Below, piece after piece: positions 9,587 through 20,590 of a stretch of 64,000 nt of DNA. Both the position numbers and the translations under genes were made by a program. Every line of letters starts with the position of its first letter. Position 1 is the stretch's first letter. This DNA comes from Vulcanimicrobiales bacterium. GTDB taxonomy: Bacteria > Vulcanimicrobiota > Vulcanimicrobiia > Vulcanimicrobiales > Vulcanimicrobiaceae. Below the pieces are notes generated by a model. The model searched no databases. It saw only the letters and a list, made by a program, of their open reading frames with translations, and had not been told where the DNA came from. Where the stretch lies: NCBI GenBank assembly GCA_038231455.1, contig JBBRLI010000002.1:64001-128000 (forward strand). Direction: 5' to 3'.

Positions 9587-11365
9587 CTACGGTTTGCGCG
9601 CCACTTCGGCCGCCCGTTGGAGTTTCTCAATCTGGTCTTTGCCAATGAACCGGGACATCGTCTGGTAAACCGGTCGCGTCGCGTCGACAAAGGCGGCGCG
9701 CTCGGCCGGAGTAAGCGAGACGATCTCGAGCGATTTACCGAGTTCGGCAAGAGTCGTCTTGTCGAGGGTCTCGGCCTCGCGGCGTTCCCATGCGATCGTC
9801 TCAGCGATGGCGTTGTCGACGAGTGGGCGGTTCTCGCCTAGGGCGTCGTACCAGGCGCCCGACGCTACGACGACCTGCGGGGTGTACATGTGCGCGGTGA
9901 GCGTTAGATATTTTTGAACGTCTTGCAGCTTGAATGCGGCGATCGTCGCTAGGGGATTGTGCTGGCCGTCGATCTCGCCTGCTTGGAGCGCGGCGCGCAA
10001 ACGCGGAAGCGCGATTGGGCGAGCGATCGTATCGAGCGCATCGCCGATAGCAATGTGCACCGGCGACTCGACGACGCGGATGCGAAGGCGACGGATGTCG
10101 GCCGGCGTGCGAATGGCGCGCACGTTGTTCGTCATGTGCCGAAATCCGTTCTCGAAGAAACCAAGACCGACGAGTCCGATGCGGCGCAGCGAGTCGAGCA
10201 GTTCGCGACCATATGGACCATCGAGCAGCGCGGCGACGTGTCGGCGGTCGTCGAGCAAATACGGCATCTCGAGCAGTTGAAAGGCCGGCAACACGTTGCC
10301 GACGATCGCGCAGCCGATCGAGGCCAACGTGGTCTCGCCGCGGCGCACGGCTGAGAGGATGCCGATCTCGCCTTTGCCGCCCGACGAATCGCCCGGGCGC
10401 GCTTCGACACGCGTGCTCGGCAGAGCAGATCCGAGTCGGCGTGCAAGCTCGGTGACGCTACGTCCCGCGAGCGACTCGGCCGCAAGACCCGTCGAAACGA
10501 TAATGGGCCCGGTTGCGATCCGCGAACCGGTGTCCATCTCGATCAAGTGGTAGTCGATCGCGTTGATCGCGAGGATCGCCTCTGCCGCATCGGCCACGTG
10601 CGAGCGCGACGTGCGCATCAGCTCGGCGGCGCTGCGTCCAAACTGATTTGCGCGCGCCGCGTGATCGGACGTCGTATTTCTCACACCGTCGAAGGCTTCT
10701 TCGGTCGACCGGACGGCGGTGCCGATTTCGCCGAGTGCAGCGCGCGCACTCGCCGCTGCGCGATCGCCCGCTGCAACGGCCTCATCGGCCGAATCGGCAA
10801 CGGCCGTTGTTTTCTCGGTGCCGCGTCGCACGTCGGCGAGCAGATTCTCCATCGTCTTGGTTGCATCGCGCGTCGAGTCGGCGAGCTTGCGCACTTCGCT
10901 TGCAACGACCGCGAAGCCGCGACCGTGTTCGCCCGCGCGTGCGGCTTCGATTGCGGCGTTGAGGGCGAGCAAATTCGTGCGCGCGGAGACTTCGCCGACG
11001 AACGCGACGATCTCATCGATGCGCCCGAGCGTTTCGACGAGTTCGAGCATCGTTTCGCGCGCGGAGCGCGAACCCGAGGCGAGCATCTCGACGCTCTCGA
11101 CAAGTTTTTCGATCGACGCGCCGGCGGAATCGACGCGTTCGCGCGCGGCGTGCGCGCGCGTTGCAGCATCGCGAATCTCTTCGAGCGATTTCCCTAAGTC
11201 GTTTGCCATCGATTCGGATACGTCGGCGATCTCTTGCAAGCCGACGCTCTGCGTGGCGGAATTATCGGAGATGCGGCGCGAGGTCTCGCGCAGGCGGGAG
11301 GCAGCAAAACGCATGCTCTCCGTAAGAGCACCGTGTTCAAGAGCGCTATTTCCCGTCGACTCCAT
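9587..11365 (-). CDS. soluble methyl-accepting chemotaxis protein fused to C-terminal TRAP DctP-type binding domain
   Basis: MCP tip [33 protein letters not shown], then DctP motifs [26 protein letters not shown]; no TM segment or signal peptide; probable start MESTG at 11365. Confidence 0.88.
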   Translation of the reverse strand: MESTGNSALEHGALTESMRFAASRLRETSRRISDNSATQSVGLQEIADVSESMANDLGKSLEEIRDAATRAHAARERVDSAGASIEKLVESVEMLASGSRSARETMLELVETLGRIDEIVAFVGEVSARTNLLALNAAIEAARAGEHGRGFAVVASEVRKLADSTRDATKTMENLLADVRRGTEKTTAVADSADEAVAAGDRAAASARAALGEIGTAVRSTEEAFDGVRNTTSDHAARANQFGRSAAELMRTSRSHVADAAEAILAINAIDYHLIEMDTGSRIATGPIIVSTGLAAESLAGRSVTELARRLGSALPSTRVEARPGDSSGGKGEIGILSAVRRGETTLASIGCAIVGNVLPAFQLLEMPYLLDDRRHVAALLDGPYGRELLDSLRRIGLVGLGFFENGFRHMTNNVRAIRTPADIRRLRIRVVESPVHIAIGDALDTIARPIALPRLRAALQAGEIDGQHNPLATIAAFKLQDVQKYLTLTAHMYTPQVVVASGAWYDALGENRPLVDNAIAETIAWERREAETLDKTTLAELGKSLEIVSLTPAERAAFVDATRPVYQTMSRFIGKDQIEKLQRAAEVARKP

Positions 11366-11445
11366 CGATGAAATCTTCGGCCAACCCGCCAACACCCCCG
11401 CCAACCGGCGGCATCTCTTTACCATGAGGCGAATAGGCTGGCTCG

Positions 11446-11973
11446 ATGATTGATCCGCAACTTCTGGTTGCTGCACGCGGGGGTGATCCGAATTCAATGG
11501 ACGCACTCCTGCGTGAGTTGTGGCCGGATGCCTTCCGGATCAGTTTTTTGCTGCTTCGCGATCGCGCGGCGGCAGAAGATTCAGCCCAGGATGCTCTCGC
11601 TCGGGTGTGGGCGACCCTCGACGATCTGAATGACCTTGCGGCCTTTCCCGCGTGGTTTTACCGACTCGTTGTGAACGGTGCGAAAATGCAGCAGCGAGGC
11701 GCTGGGCGTCGGCGGGTACGCGAAGAAACGTCCGTATCGATCGAGGTATCCAGAGATGAAGACGACCGTATTGACGTCAACTCCGCGATCCGCTCGCTGC
11801 CGGAGTGGCTCCGCGTTCCGGTCGTGCTGCACTACTAGGCCGGCCTAACGAGTGCCGAAATTGGTCGAATTCTCGACGCGCCAGCGGCAACGATTCGTTT
11901 TCGACTCTCGCTCGCTCGACGTCAACTTCGCCCGAAACTCGACGTTGAATCTACGATTCAGGTGGCTTTATGA
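11446..11973 (+). pseudogene. ECF sigma-70 factor interrupted by in-frame TAG at 11836-11838
   Basis: Region 2 (AAAEDSAQDA...FPAWF), then VVLHY*AGLTSAEIGRILDAPAATIRFRLSLARRQL (region 4) continuing in frame to TGA at 11971-11973, which overlaps the next ATG. Confidence 0.85.
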
Positions 11974-12725
11974 ACGACAACCAAATTGGATCACAAATTT
12001 GTCGCAACGTTGCATCGATCGTGCCCCCAGCATATGCTGCTAGCGAAGTCGCACGCAAGCATCTCGCGATGAAGTCTCTGCCTTTGAGCCCTCAAAAGCG
12101 CGAGCGGAAGCAATTTATTCTGGCGGGGCTGGCTTCGCTCTTGGTCATCGCGCCGGCTGGAGCGTATGCGACGCATGCCCAGAAGGTCGATGACACGTTG
12201 CGCGGCGCGATGCGATCCTTCGGAATCCAAATGGTCGGCCCGATATCATCGAACGACCCGCAGGCGATCAGTCTTGCAGATGCTGAATCGCGAGCTCCAT
12301 TCAAGGTTCTTGTGCCGAAAATGGCAGCGAGCGCGCGGCTCGAGCACATCTACCGGAGCAATGGAGAGCACGTCGGCGATACGGTCGAGCTCCTGTATCG
12401 CCTTAACGGCACACCGGGACGTCCGCTTATTAATTTCCAGGAATCAGCGAAACCGTTGACCGTTCCGAAGCACGATCCGCGGGCTAATCGCGAGTTTGAA
12501 CTCTATGGTGAATACTATTACGCGGAACACCTTATGGACAAACAAAAGCCAGAACTTAAACTCATCCGTCCTGCGATCTGGGAGGCTGGCTCGACAAGTA
12601 TTCGCGTTTTCAATGGTGATAAGATCTCAGCGGCTGAGTTGAACGCTATTCGGCGATCGATGAACGCGCGCGAGATCGTAGCAGCACGTCAAATGCTAAC
12701 GATCGTACCGAAGCACGATCGTTAG
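11970..12725 (+). CDS. putative anti-sigma factor (single TM, extracytoplasmic C-domain)
   Basis: ATGA-coupled to the ECF gene; short N-domain, TM segment FILAGLASLLVIAPAGAYA, then SLADAESRAPFKVLVP. Confidence 0.65.
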   Translation: MNDNQIGSQICRNVASIVPPAYAASEVARKHLAMKSLPLSPQKRERKQFILAGLASLLVIAPAGAYATHAQKVDDTLRGAMRSFGIQMVGPISSNDPQAISLADAESRAPFKVLVPKMAASARLEHIYRSNGEHVGDTVELLYRLNGTPGRPLINFQESAKPLTVPKHDPRANREFELYGEYYYAEHLMDKQKPELKLIRPAIWEAGSTSIRVFNGDKISAAELNAIRRSMNAREIVAARQMLTIVPKHDR

Positions 12726-12750
12726 CTAGGCTGTCTAATGAGGCGCCGAC

Positions 12751-13062
12751 CTACCAGATGCCGAGGGTGACCTTCGCATCATCGGAGGCCATCGTCTTCG
12801 GGTCCCAAGGCGGCGTGAACGTGAGTACGACTTCGACTTTTTTTACGTCGTCCATCGACTCGACTTTGGATTGCACGGCCTGCTTGAACATCGGGCCGAC
12901 CGGACACATGGGTGAGGTCAGCGTCATCGTGACCGTGACGTCGTCTTGTTTTTCGCCTTCGACGGCGATGTCATAGACCAGGCCCAAGTCCACGATTCCA
13001 ATATGGAGCTCGGGGTCTTCGACGGTCGCTAAGGCTTCACGGACTTGCTCGGTTGTCGGCAT
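12751..13062 (-). CDS. DUF59/SufT-like metal-sulfur cluster assembly factor
   Basis: DPEL.I.IVDLGLVY, MTLTSPMCP, FTPPW motifs. Confidence 0.92.
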   Translation of the reverse strand: MPTTEQVREALATVEDPELHIGIVDLGLVYDIAVEGEKQDDVTVTMTLTSPMCPVGPMFKQAVQSKVESMDDVKKVEVVLTFTPPWDPKTMASDDAKVTLGIW

Positions 13063-13091
13063 GTTGGGGATCCTCCGGTCTCAAGACCGAG

Positions 13092-13661
13092 CTAGGTGTT
13101 CGATTGGTTCCAGGCAGCGGCCCGGGCAAGGTCGGCGGGGGAGTCGACGTCCATGATCGCGCCAACGTCGTCGATCGGCATCGCGTGGATCACGAGGCGC
13201 TGGTCGCGGCGCAGTTCGCGTAAGGTATCGCCATCGGCGACGCCGCCGAGTAAAGCGCGTGCGCGCGGCCCGAAGACGACCGGATGGGCCGGGCGGCCGT
13301 TGTGTTCGGGTGAGACGACATCGACGCTCGGGTTATAGCAAGCAACGACCCGGTCGACGAGCGCCTGCGTGACATAGGGTAAGTCGGCTAATAAAACAGC
13401 GATGGCTGCATCCGCGGGGATGCAACCATCGGCGAGTTTGAGCGAGTACGTCATCCCGCGTTCGGGTTCCGTATTGATGATGACGCGGCGCTTGGTCGAC
13501 GCGGCGACGTGTAAGGCGATCTCGTGGCTTGCAACGACGATGCTCGGCGCATCCCCGCACGCATCGAGGGCGCGCGCGATCAGCGTTCGCCCATCGAAGG
13601 TGGCGAGGAGTTTTGCCGAACCGAAGCGTCGCGCTGCGCCCGCGGCGAGCACGACGCGCAC
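13092..13661 (-). CDS. mocA: molybdenum cofactor cytidylyltransferase (MocA-like NTP transferase)
   Basis: VLAAG.A.RFG..KLL, GM..SL, LADLP, HPV.F, DVD.P.D; start uncertain (GTG 13661 or CTG 13673). Confidence 0.82.
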   Translation of the reverse strand: MRVVLAAGAARRFGSAKLLATFDGRTLIARALDACGDAPSIVVASHEIALHVAASTKRRVIINTEPERGMTYSLKLADGCIPADAAIAVLLADLPYVTQALVDRVVACYNPSVDVVSPEHNGRPAHPVVFGPRARALLGGVADGDTLRELRRDQRLVIHAMPIDDVGAIMDVDSPADLARAAAWNQSNT

Positions 13662-13665
13662 GATC

Positions 13666-15810
13666 TCAGGCAGTGAAGCCGTGCCGCACGAACGGAAGAC
13701 TCCGCACGCGCGTTCCTGTTGCCGCAAAGATGGCGTTGGCAACCGCCGGAGCGATCGGCGGCGTGCCGGGTTCGCCAACGCCGCCGGGGCTTTCGGTATT
13801 CTGGACGATCTGCACGTCCATGTGCGGTGCTTCGGCCAGATGCACCATCGGATAGTCATAGAAGTTGTTCTGCGCGACGCGTCCTTTATCGATTGTGATC
13901 TCGCCGTAGAGCGCGGCGGTCAGACCGTAGATCATCGCGCTCTGCATTTGCGCTTCGACGGTGTTCGGATTGACGTATGTGCCGCAGTCGACGACGCATG
14001 CGATCCGGTGGACGCGAAGCTTTTTCTTGGCATCGACGGAGACCTCGGCGACTTCAGCGACGATGGTGCCGAACGATTCGTGCAGCGCGATCCCGCGTCC
14101 GTGACCTTTGGCAAGCGGCTTGCCCCAATCGCCGAGTTTTGCGGCCATCTCAAGCACGTTGAGATGGCGTGCTTCTTTGGCGAGCAGCGGCCGGCGGAAT
14201 TCGACGGCGTCTTTGCCCGCGGCGTGTGCCATCTCGTCCATGAAGCTCTCGAAGAAGAAGCCGTTCTGCGAATTGCCGACCGAGCGCCAGAAGAAGACCG
14301 GCACGGCGAAATTCTTCATCACGGTATCGACGGTGAAGTTCGGAATCGCGTACTTCTTATCGGCGCAGCCTTCGACCGAGAAACTATCGGGTTTGTCGGG
14401 CGGGGGCGGCGGGAATCCGAGCTGGGGATTTGAGACGAGCAGCGAGGGGGTGACGATGCGCTGTTGCCAAGCAACGAGATTGCCGCTCGCATCGAGTCCG
14501 CCTTTGAGCTGGGTGAGCGAGGTCGGACGGAACGTGTCGTGTTGAATATCTTCTTCGCGGGACCATACCAGTTTGACCGGCTTGCCGATCATCGTCGAGA
14601 TTTGGATCGCTTCGGCCGCAAAGTCGAGGTTGAAGCGCCGACCGAAACCGCCGCCCAAATAGGTCGTGTGAATTTTGATCGCGCTCGGCGGTAAACCGGT
14701 CATTTTCGCCGCGAGGCCCGCGAGGGGGCCCGGAGCTTGCGAGGGTGCCCAGACTTCGCACGATGTTTTCGTGACCGACGCCGTGCAGTTCATCGGTTCC
14801 ATCGTTGCGTGCGCGAGATACGGCGCGTAATATTCCGCAGTCACGACTTTGCTGGCCGTTTTAAGCGTGCCGTCGGCATCGCCGACGGTCGTTGCTATGA
14901 CGGGTTTTTCGTTCATACCGGCGCGCAGGGTCGTTTCGATTTTCGCGCTACTCAGGGTCGCGTCGCCGCCGGTGTAGCTGATTTTCAGCGCTTCGACCGC
15001 TTTTTTGGCACGGTAATAGCGGTCGGAAACGACAACGGCAGCCGTCTTCATGTTCAGCACCTGATGCGGGCCTTTGAAACCCTTGATCGGGGTGTCATCG
15101 ATGCTCGCGATCGTCGAACCGAACACCGGCGCGTGGCGAATCGCCGCATACACCATCCCCGGCACTTTGACGTCGATCCCAAATCCGGCTTTGCCCTGGA
15201 CTTTGGCGGAGGTGTCAACGCGTGGGACGGACTTTCCGATGATCGTCCACGCTTCACGCGGTTTGAGTTCGACTTTTTCCGGCGGCGGAATCGTCGCCGC
15301 CGCACCCGCAAGCGAACCGTATGTAGCGCTGCGTTTACTCGCGTCGTGATAGACCATCGACTTTGCCGTGCGCAGTTCGTTTGCGGGCACGTTCCACTGC
15401 GTGGCGGCGGCGCCGACGAGCATGGCACGGGCACTTGCGCCGGCTTGACGCAGCGGCATGAAGAAGCCGCGAATTGCCGATGACCCACCCGTTGCCATCG
15501 TCTGGAACGGCGGGTTGTTGTAGGCCTTATCGACCTGCGGTGCATCGACGATGACGCGAGCCCAGTCGGCGTCGAGTTCTTCTGCGACCAGCATTGGCAG
15601 CGAGGTCATGACGCCTTGACCCATTTCCGACTGCGGTGCGTATATGGAGATCGTGTTGTCGGGCGAGATCTTGATCCATGCGCCGATCGGCGTGGACGTC
15701 ATTGCGGCTTCGGCGCGGCGTGCGGTAAATGGAAGCGAGACATCGAGGAGTAGGCCGCCGCCGGCGATAGCCGTTGCGCGTAAAAAAGACGATCGATCCA
15801 TCATCTTCAT
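13666..15810 (-). CDS. molybdopterin-binding large subunit, isoquinoline 1-oxidoreductase beta (IorB)-like
   Basis: [40 protein letters not shown]; Tat-like N-terminus. Confidence 0.92.
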   Translation of the reverse strand: MKMMDRSSFLRATAIAGGGLLLDVSLPFTARRAEAAMTSTPIGAWIKISPDNTISIYAPQSEMGQGVMTSLPMLVAEELDADWARVIVDAPQVDKAYNNPPFQTMATGGSSAIRGFFMPLRQAGASARAMLVGAAATQWNVPANELRTAKSMVYHDASKRSATYGSLAGAAATIPPPEKVELKPREAWTIIGKSVPRVDTSAKVQGKAGFGIDVKVPGMVYAAIRHAPVFGSTIASIDDTPIKGFKGPHQVLNMKTAAVVVSDRYYRAKKAVEALKISYTGGDATLSSAKIETTLRAGMNEKPVIATTVGDADGTLKTASKVVTAEYYAPYLAHATMEPMNCTASVTKTSCEVWAPSQAPGPLAGLAAKMTGLPPSAIKIHTTYLGGGFGRRFNLDFAAEAIQISTMIGKPVKLVWSREEDIQHDTFRPTSLTQLKGGLDASGNLVAWQQRIVTPSLLVSNPQLGFPPPPPDKPDSFSVEGCADKKYAIPNFTVDTVMKNFAVPVFFWRSVGNSQNGFFFESFMDEMAHAAGKDAVEFRRPLLAKEARHLNVLEMAAKLGDWGKPLAKGHGRGIALHESFGTIVAEVAEVSVDAKKKLRVHRIACVVDCGTYVNPNTVEAQMQSAMIYGLTAALYGEITIDKGRVAQNNFYDYPMVHLAEAPHMDVQIVQNTESPGGVGEPGTPPIAPAVANAIFAATGTRVRSLPFVRHGFTA

Positions 15811-16259
15811 GCGTTCGCCGCCCGATGGATCGCCTTGCGAATGCGGCTATAGGTGCCGCAGCGGCACACGTTGGTGACGTTCTCATCGATCTGTGCATCG
15901 GTTGGTTTGGGATGTTTTTTCAAAAGTGCCGCCGTTGCCATGATGAAGCCGGGCTGGCAGTAACCGCACTGCGGTACTTCTTCAGCGATCCAGGCTTCTT
16001 GAATCTTTGTGAGATGCCCATCCGCAGGCGGCAGACCCTCGATCGTGGTGATCGATTTGCCTTTGACTTGATCGAGCGTCACGGAGCACGAACGCACGGC
16101 CTCGCCGTTGACGTGCACGGTGCACGCGCCGCAAAGTGCAACGCCGCAACCGAATTTCGTTCCGGTGTAGCCAACGGTATCGCGAATCACCCACAGCAGC
16201 GGGGTGTCGCCCTCATCATCGACGCTGAATTTTTTCTTATTGACGGTCAGTTCGGTCAT
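15807..16259 (-). CDS. 2x[2Fe-2S] small subunit (IorA-like)
   Basis: TGTKFGCG...CGACTV, QCGYCQ, CRCGTY; start MTELTV at 16259. Confidence 0.93.
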   Translation of the reverse strand: MTELTVNKKKFSVDDEGDTPLLWVIRDTVGYTGTKFGCGVALCGACTVHVNGEAVRSCSVTLDQVKGKSITTIEGLPPADGHLTKIQEAWIAEEVPQCGYCQPGFIMATAALLKKHPKPTDAQIDENVTNVCRCGTYSRIRKAIHRAANA

Positions 16260-16278
16260 AACGCCCCCTTGGCTAAAC

Positions 16279-17394
16279 CTACGAGGTGCTCCGCTGCACG
16301 AGCGGGGTTTCTTCCTGTCGGTGGAGCGCGCGCGATCCGCCGGTGAGACGCCCGCCGCTACGATCGTGGCGCAAGGCGATGATTTCGGCTGCGATCGAGA
16401 TCGCGGTTTCTTCGGGTGTGCGTCCGCCAAGATCTAATCCCACGGGTGATGCGAGTCGTGCGAGTTCGGTTTGGGTAAGGCCCGCTGCGCGGAGTTGCGC
16501 GACGCGTTTTGCCTGCGTTGACCGGCTGCCCATCGCACCGACGTAGATCGCTGGCGAGCGGAGCGCGTTGACGAGCAGTGGGATATCGAATTTTTCTTCG
16601 TGCGTGAGGACCACGCAAATCGAATCCGAACCGAGTGGGTTCGCCTCAAGATAGGAGTCGGGCCACTGCACGATGATTTCATCGGCATCGGGGAAACGCT
16701 CGCGCGTGGCAAACGCCGGACGCGCATCGACGACCGTCACTCGGTAACCGAGCATCGTGCCAAGACGCGCGAGTGGGCGCGCGAAATCGACGGCGCCTGC
16801 CAGCACCATGCGCGCGCGCGGACCGAAGGTACGAACGAAGATCGCGGCCTCGGTGCCGAGCGGTTCGCCACGATCGCCGTAGTGACGGCGTTCCACGTTG
16901 CCGCTTTCCGTTCGCGCATCGAGTTCGGCGGCGACGGCGTAATCCAGCCCCGGCGAGCCGAGCGTTCCACGCCGGGCACCCGCATCGATGATGAGCCGGT
17001 TGCCGATCCCCGCCGGATCCAGACGGATCGCAACGGCAAGAGGCGTCTCGTTTTCCAGCGCGCGCGCAACGTCGTCGAAAAAGCCGTCCACGCGCTCGAT
17101 GTAGACTTCGAGTTCACCACCACACGTGAGACCGACGGAGAACGGATCGCCGTCGTTTGCCGTATAGCGCAGTAGTTTGGCCGCGCCGCTTGCGATCACG
17201 CCCATTGCCTCATCGACGACGGCCCCGTCGACGCAGCCGCCCGAGAGCGACCCCGCAAATTCACCGTGTTCGTTGACGGCGAGTAATGCACCAAGTTCGC
17301 GTGGCGACGAACCACCGATGCCCACGATCGTCGCGGTAGCAACGGCATCGCCGCGCGAACGCCAGCGCGCGATGTGCGGAATGACCTCACGCAT
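16279..17394 (-). CDS. xdhC: XdhC/CoxI family Moco insertion chaperone
   Basis: [45 protein letters not shown]. Confidence 0.92.
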   Translation of the reverse strand: MREVIPHIARWRSRGDAVATATIVGIGGSSPRELGALLAVNEHGEFAGSLSGGCVDGAVVDEAMGVIASGAAKLLRYTANDGDPFSVGLTCGGELEVYIERVDGFFDDVARALENETPLAVAIRLDPAGIGNRLIIDAGARRGTLGSPGLDYAVAAELDARTESGNVERRHYGDRGEPLGTEAAIFVRTFGPRARMVLAGAVDFARPLARLGTMLGYRVTVVDARPAFATRERFPDADEIIVQWPDSYLEANPLGSDSICVVLTHEEKFDIPLLVNALRSPAIYVGAMGSRSTQAKRVAQLRAAGLTQTELARLASPVGLDLGGRTPEETAISIAAEIIALRHDRSGGRLTGGSRALHRQEETPLVQRSTS

Positions 17395-18025
17395 CGGCGA
17401 GTCCGCGAACACCGAAGTCCGGCACCTTACGCGCGAGGCGTTTGGCGAGAATCGAGAAGACCGGAAAGAGCATGTAGGGGACAAAGAGGAAGCGGACGTC
17501 TATTCCCGCGACGATCGCCGCGCTAAAGAACACCCCGGCGAAAAAGACAACCTGCAAGAAACGTCCCCACGCGCGCTGACGGAATGCGACATCAAAGCTG
17601 TCCCAGCGCAGGCGGAGTCCGCGATACATCGTGATGGCATTCGCGGCGGAGATCAGCCCCGAGGCTGTCGCGTACAAGCTATTCGCGAACGGGTCGGTCA
17701 TGAACTTAAACCAGATCTGCAGCAGATACGGGAAGAGCGCGACGAGTGCGAGCTTCACGAACGTCAGCACGATGTTGAAACGGTCGGGAAAGAAATAGTA
17801 GGCGAAGATGTTGTGCTGATAGCCCCAAAACATCGAGACGAGTGCAAAAGCAAAGGCGAATCCGATCAGCCCAAGCGGACTCGTGAAAATTTCCGAGGCA
17901 TGGTCTTTGGGTATGACGAGCTGAACGCCCGTAATCGACAAGCTCAAGCCAAAGACGATGTCGCTGAATGATTCGAGTCGTCGCGTGAAATGCGCGTCCG
18001 ATTCTTTTTTGGTCAGCATCCCCAA
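17387..18025 (-). CDS. TMEM175 (DUF1211) family membrane protein, putative K+ channel
   Basis: RLESFSD.VF signature, W..H motif, about six TM segments. Confidence 0.75.
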   Translation of the reverse strand: MGMLTKKESDAHFTRRLESFSDIVFGLSLSITGVQLVIPKDHASEIFTSPLGLIGFAFAFALVSMFWGYQHNIFAYYFFPDRFNIVLTFVKLALVALFPYLLQIWFKFMTDPFANSLYATASGLISAANAITMYRGLRLRWDSFDVAFRQRAWGRFLQVVFFAGVFFSAAIVAGIDVRFLFVPYMLFPVFSILAKRLARKVPDFGVRGLADA

Positions 18026-18051
18026 AGGTTCGGCGCCGTGGAGCGGTTCCC

Positions 18052-18747
18052 CTAAACGGCCAGATACCGCTGCATCATGTCCTCATCGGCCTTGAGGACG
18101 TCGATCGTGCCTTCGCCCATGACGCGTCCGCTGGCCAGCACGTAGCCGCGGTCGGAGAGGCTCATCGCAACTTGCGCGTTTTGCTCGACGAGCAAAATCG
18201 TATTCCCCTCGGCCTTGATGTTCTTGACGACTTCCTCGACGTTCCGGGCGATCAAGGGGGCGAGCCCCTCCATCGGTTCGTCGAGCAAGATGATCTCGGG
18301 GTTGGCGATGAGCGCACGTGCGATCGCGAGCATCTGCTGTTCGCCGCCGGAGAGTTTGGCGGGCTTGTCTTTGCGCTCGCCGAGCACTTGAAAGTATTCG
18401 TAGATACGCTTCTCGTTCCAGAGGCCTTTGCGTCCGGCAAGCGCGGCCAGACGGAGATTCTCGCCAACCGTGAGGTTCGGGAAAATGCGACGGTCTTCGG
18501 GAACGAATGCGATGCCCGCTTGCGCGAGCGAAAACGGCGTGTGATTGGTGATGTCTTTGCCGTGGAATTTAATCGTGCCGGATTTCGCCATGACGAGTCC
18601 CATGATCGTCTTAAGCGTTGTCGACCGGCCGCTGCCGTTGCGGCCCAAGAGCGCCACGACCTCGCCTTTCTCGACGTTGATCGAGACGTTTTGTAGAACG
18701 TGGCTCTTATCGTAGTACGCGTTGATTCCGGTCAGCTCGAGCAGCAT
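18052..18747 (-). CDS. livF: HAAT-family ABC transporter ATP-binding subunit
   Basis: GRNGSGRST (variant Walker A), VPEDRRIF, LSGGEQQMLAI, LLDEP. Confidence 0.92.
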   Translation of the reverse strand: MLLELTGINAYYDKSHVLQNVSINVEKGEVVALLGRNGSGRSTTLKTIMGLVMAKSGTIKFHGKDITNHTPFSLAQAGIAFVPEDRRIFPNLTVGENLRLAALAGRKGLWNEKRIYEYFQVLGERKDKPAKLSGGEQQMLAIARALIANPEIILLDEPMEGLAPLIARNVEEVVKNIKAEGNTILLVEQNAQVAMSLSDRGYVLASGRVMGEGTIDVLKADEDMMQRYLAV

Positions 18748-19493
18748 TACGCGAGTTCTCCCAAGTACGCGCGCTGAACGGCTTCGTTCCCGCGGATTTC
18801 TTGCGGCGTGCCGGTGGCGAGAACGCCTCCGGACTGAAAGACGGTGATGGTCTCGGAGATCGCCATCACGACGTCGATGTCGTGTTCGACGAGCATGACC
18901 GTGCGGCCGGGAGCGATACGTTGAATGAGTTCGACCGTCTCGTGCGTCTCGGTCGGCGACATGCCGGCGAGCGGTTCGTCGAGCAGCAACACCTGCGGAT
19001 CGCGTGCGAGCACGAGCGCGATTTCGAGTCGCCGCTGATCGCCGTGCGAGAGATTTTCCGCCCGGCTCTCGCAGACTTCATAGAGGCCGACGTCGTGCAG
19101 CAGTTGATTCGTCTTCACCGAAAGATCGCCCATCCGTGAGGCCGGTAAGAAGAAGTTGGCTTTGCCGTCGTGCACGGCTTGCACCGCAAGACGGACGTTC
19201 TCATACACGGTGAGTTTCGCGAAGATATTCGTGATCTGAAACGAGCGCGAGATGCCCAGGCGTGCGCGTTCGTACGGCTGGAGCGACGTGATGTCCCGAT
19301 CGTTGAAGAATATCTTGCCTTCGCTTGGCGGAATGCGTCCGCTGAGCAGATTGAAAAACGTCGTTTTCCCCGCACCGTTGGGGCCGATGATCGTACGCAC
19401 GCCGCCGGTCGGAATTTCGATCGTGACATTGTTCACGGCGGTGAACCCGGAGAAACGCCGCGTGAGGCCTTCGGTTTTGAACGCGTAGTTCAC
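18747..19493 (-). CDS. livG: HAAT-family ABC transporter ATP-binding subunit
   Basis: GPNGAGKTT, RSFQ, LSHGDQRRLE, EHD, AYLG. Confidence 0.92.
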   Translation of the reverse strand: MNYAFKTEGLTRRFSGFTAVNNVTIEIPTGGVRTIIGPNGAGKTTFFNLLSGRIPPSEGKIFFNDRDITSLQPYERARLGISRSFQITNIFAKLTVYENVRLAVQAVHDGKANFFLPASRMGDLSVKTNQLLHDVGLYEVCESRAENLSHGDQRRLEIALVLARDPQVLLLDEPLAGMSPTETHETVELIQRIAPGRTVMLVEHDIDVVMAISETITVFQSGGVLATGTPQEIRGNEAVQRAYLGELA

Positions 19494-20590
19494 CGGATCA
19501 CCGTCGTTCCGGGAGCGTGTTCTTCGAGCGGTGGGAGTTCTTCTGAGATCTCGGCTTGCAGACGCGCCTTCCTATTGAAGGCGCTTGCAAAGCCGTAGTG
19601 CCGGATGTCGTCGATGATGCCCATGATGCCGCGCGGTCCGACGATAACGAAGAAGCCAAACACGACGCCAATCCAGGCTTCCCAGAACTTCGTGCCCTGC
19701 GAGATATTGTTTTGTAGCTCCCAGTAGATGATCGCGCCGAGAATCGGGCCAAAAAATGTTTGAATGCCGCCGAGTAGTGACATCATGACGACGTTTCCGC
19801 TGTACTCGATCGAACCGGCATCGGGATTGATCGCCGTTTGATAGTAGGCCCAAAGCCAGCCCGCGATCGCCGGAAAGATCGTTGAGATCACGAACGCGTT
19901 GACGCGGTATTTGTTGACGTCATAGCCAAGAAATCGCGCGCGCTCTTTGTTCTCGCGAATCGCGTGAAGCACGCTGCCGAACGGCGAGTTGATCAACCAG
20001 TACACAACGCACGCAAACAAGAAAACCACGGTCGCCGCAAAAATGTAATAGTGGAGCGAGTCCGAGAGCCAACCGGGTGGCAAACCCGGCAGCGTTGGGC
20101 GCGCGACACCTTGGATGCCGTCCTCACCGCCGGTGAAATCGCCAAACTTGTACGTCACGAAGAACACGACTTGCGCGAAGGCAAGCGTGATCATCGAATA
20201 ATAAATGCCGCTCGAACGCGGCACGACCAAACGTGCCAGTAAGAACGCGAGAAGGAGCGCAAGGCCGAGGCCAATCGCAAGCGCGACGAGCGCGTTTCCG
20301 GCCGGGGCGTGATGCATCGACCACGAGCCGATCGTCAGGTTGAAGCCCTTCGTATACAGCGCGGTTGAATACGCGCCGATCGTGAAGAACATCGCGTGAC
20401 CGAACGAGAGTTCACCCAGATGCCCGAAGAGCAAATTGAAGCCGAGGGCAAAGAGTCCGAAGATCACCATCGTCGTTGCGATGTCGATGAAACCGCCTTT
20501 GCCGACGAACGGATTGGCGCCCGCGACGAAGGGCAGAATGATGAAGACCACTGCCGTCCAGAGCAGTGGATGTTGCAACAGTTTTTTCAC
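19490..20590 (-). CDS. livM: HAAT-family ABC permease
   Basis: G.LSFGHA.FF, GIY..MITLAF, TGGEDG, AIREN; GTG start overlapping the livH stop. Confidence 0.9.
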   Translation of the reverse strand: MKKLLQHPLLWTAVVFIILPFVAGANPFVGKGGFIDIATTMVIFGLFALGFNLLFGHLGELSFGHAMFFTIGAYSTALYTKGFNLTIGSWSMHHAPAGNALVALAIGLGLALLLAFLLARLVVPRSSGIYYSMITLAFAQVVFFVTYKFGDFTGGEDGIQGVARPTLPGLPPGWLSDSLHYYIFAATVVFLFACVVYWLINSPFGSVLHAIRENKERARFLGYDVNKYRVNAFVISTIFPAIAGWLWAYYQTAINPDAGSIEYSGNVVMMSLLGGIQTFFGPILGAIIYWELQNNISQGTKFWEAWIGVVFGFFVIVGPRGIMGIIDDIRHYGFASAFNRKARLQAEISEELPPLEEHAPGTTVIR

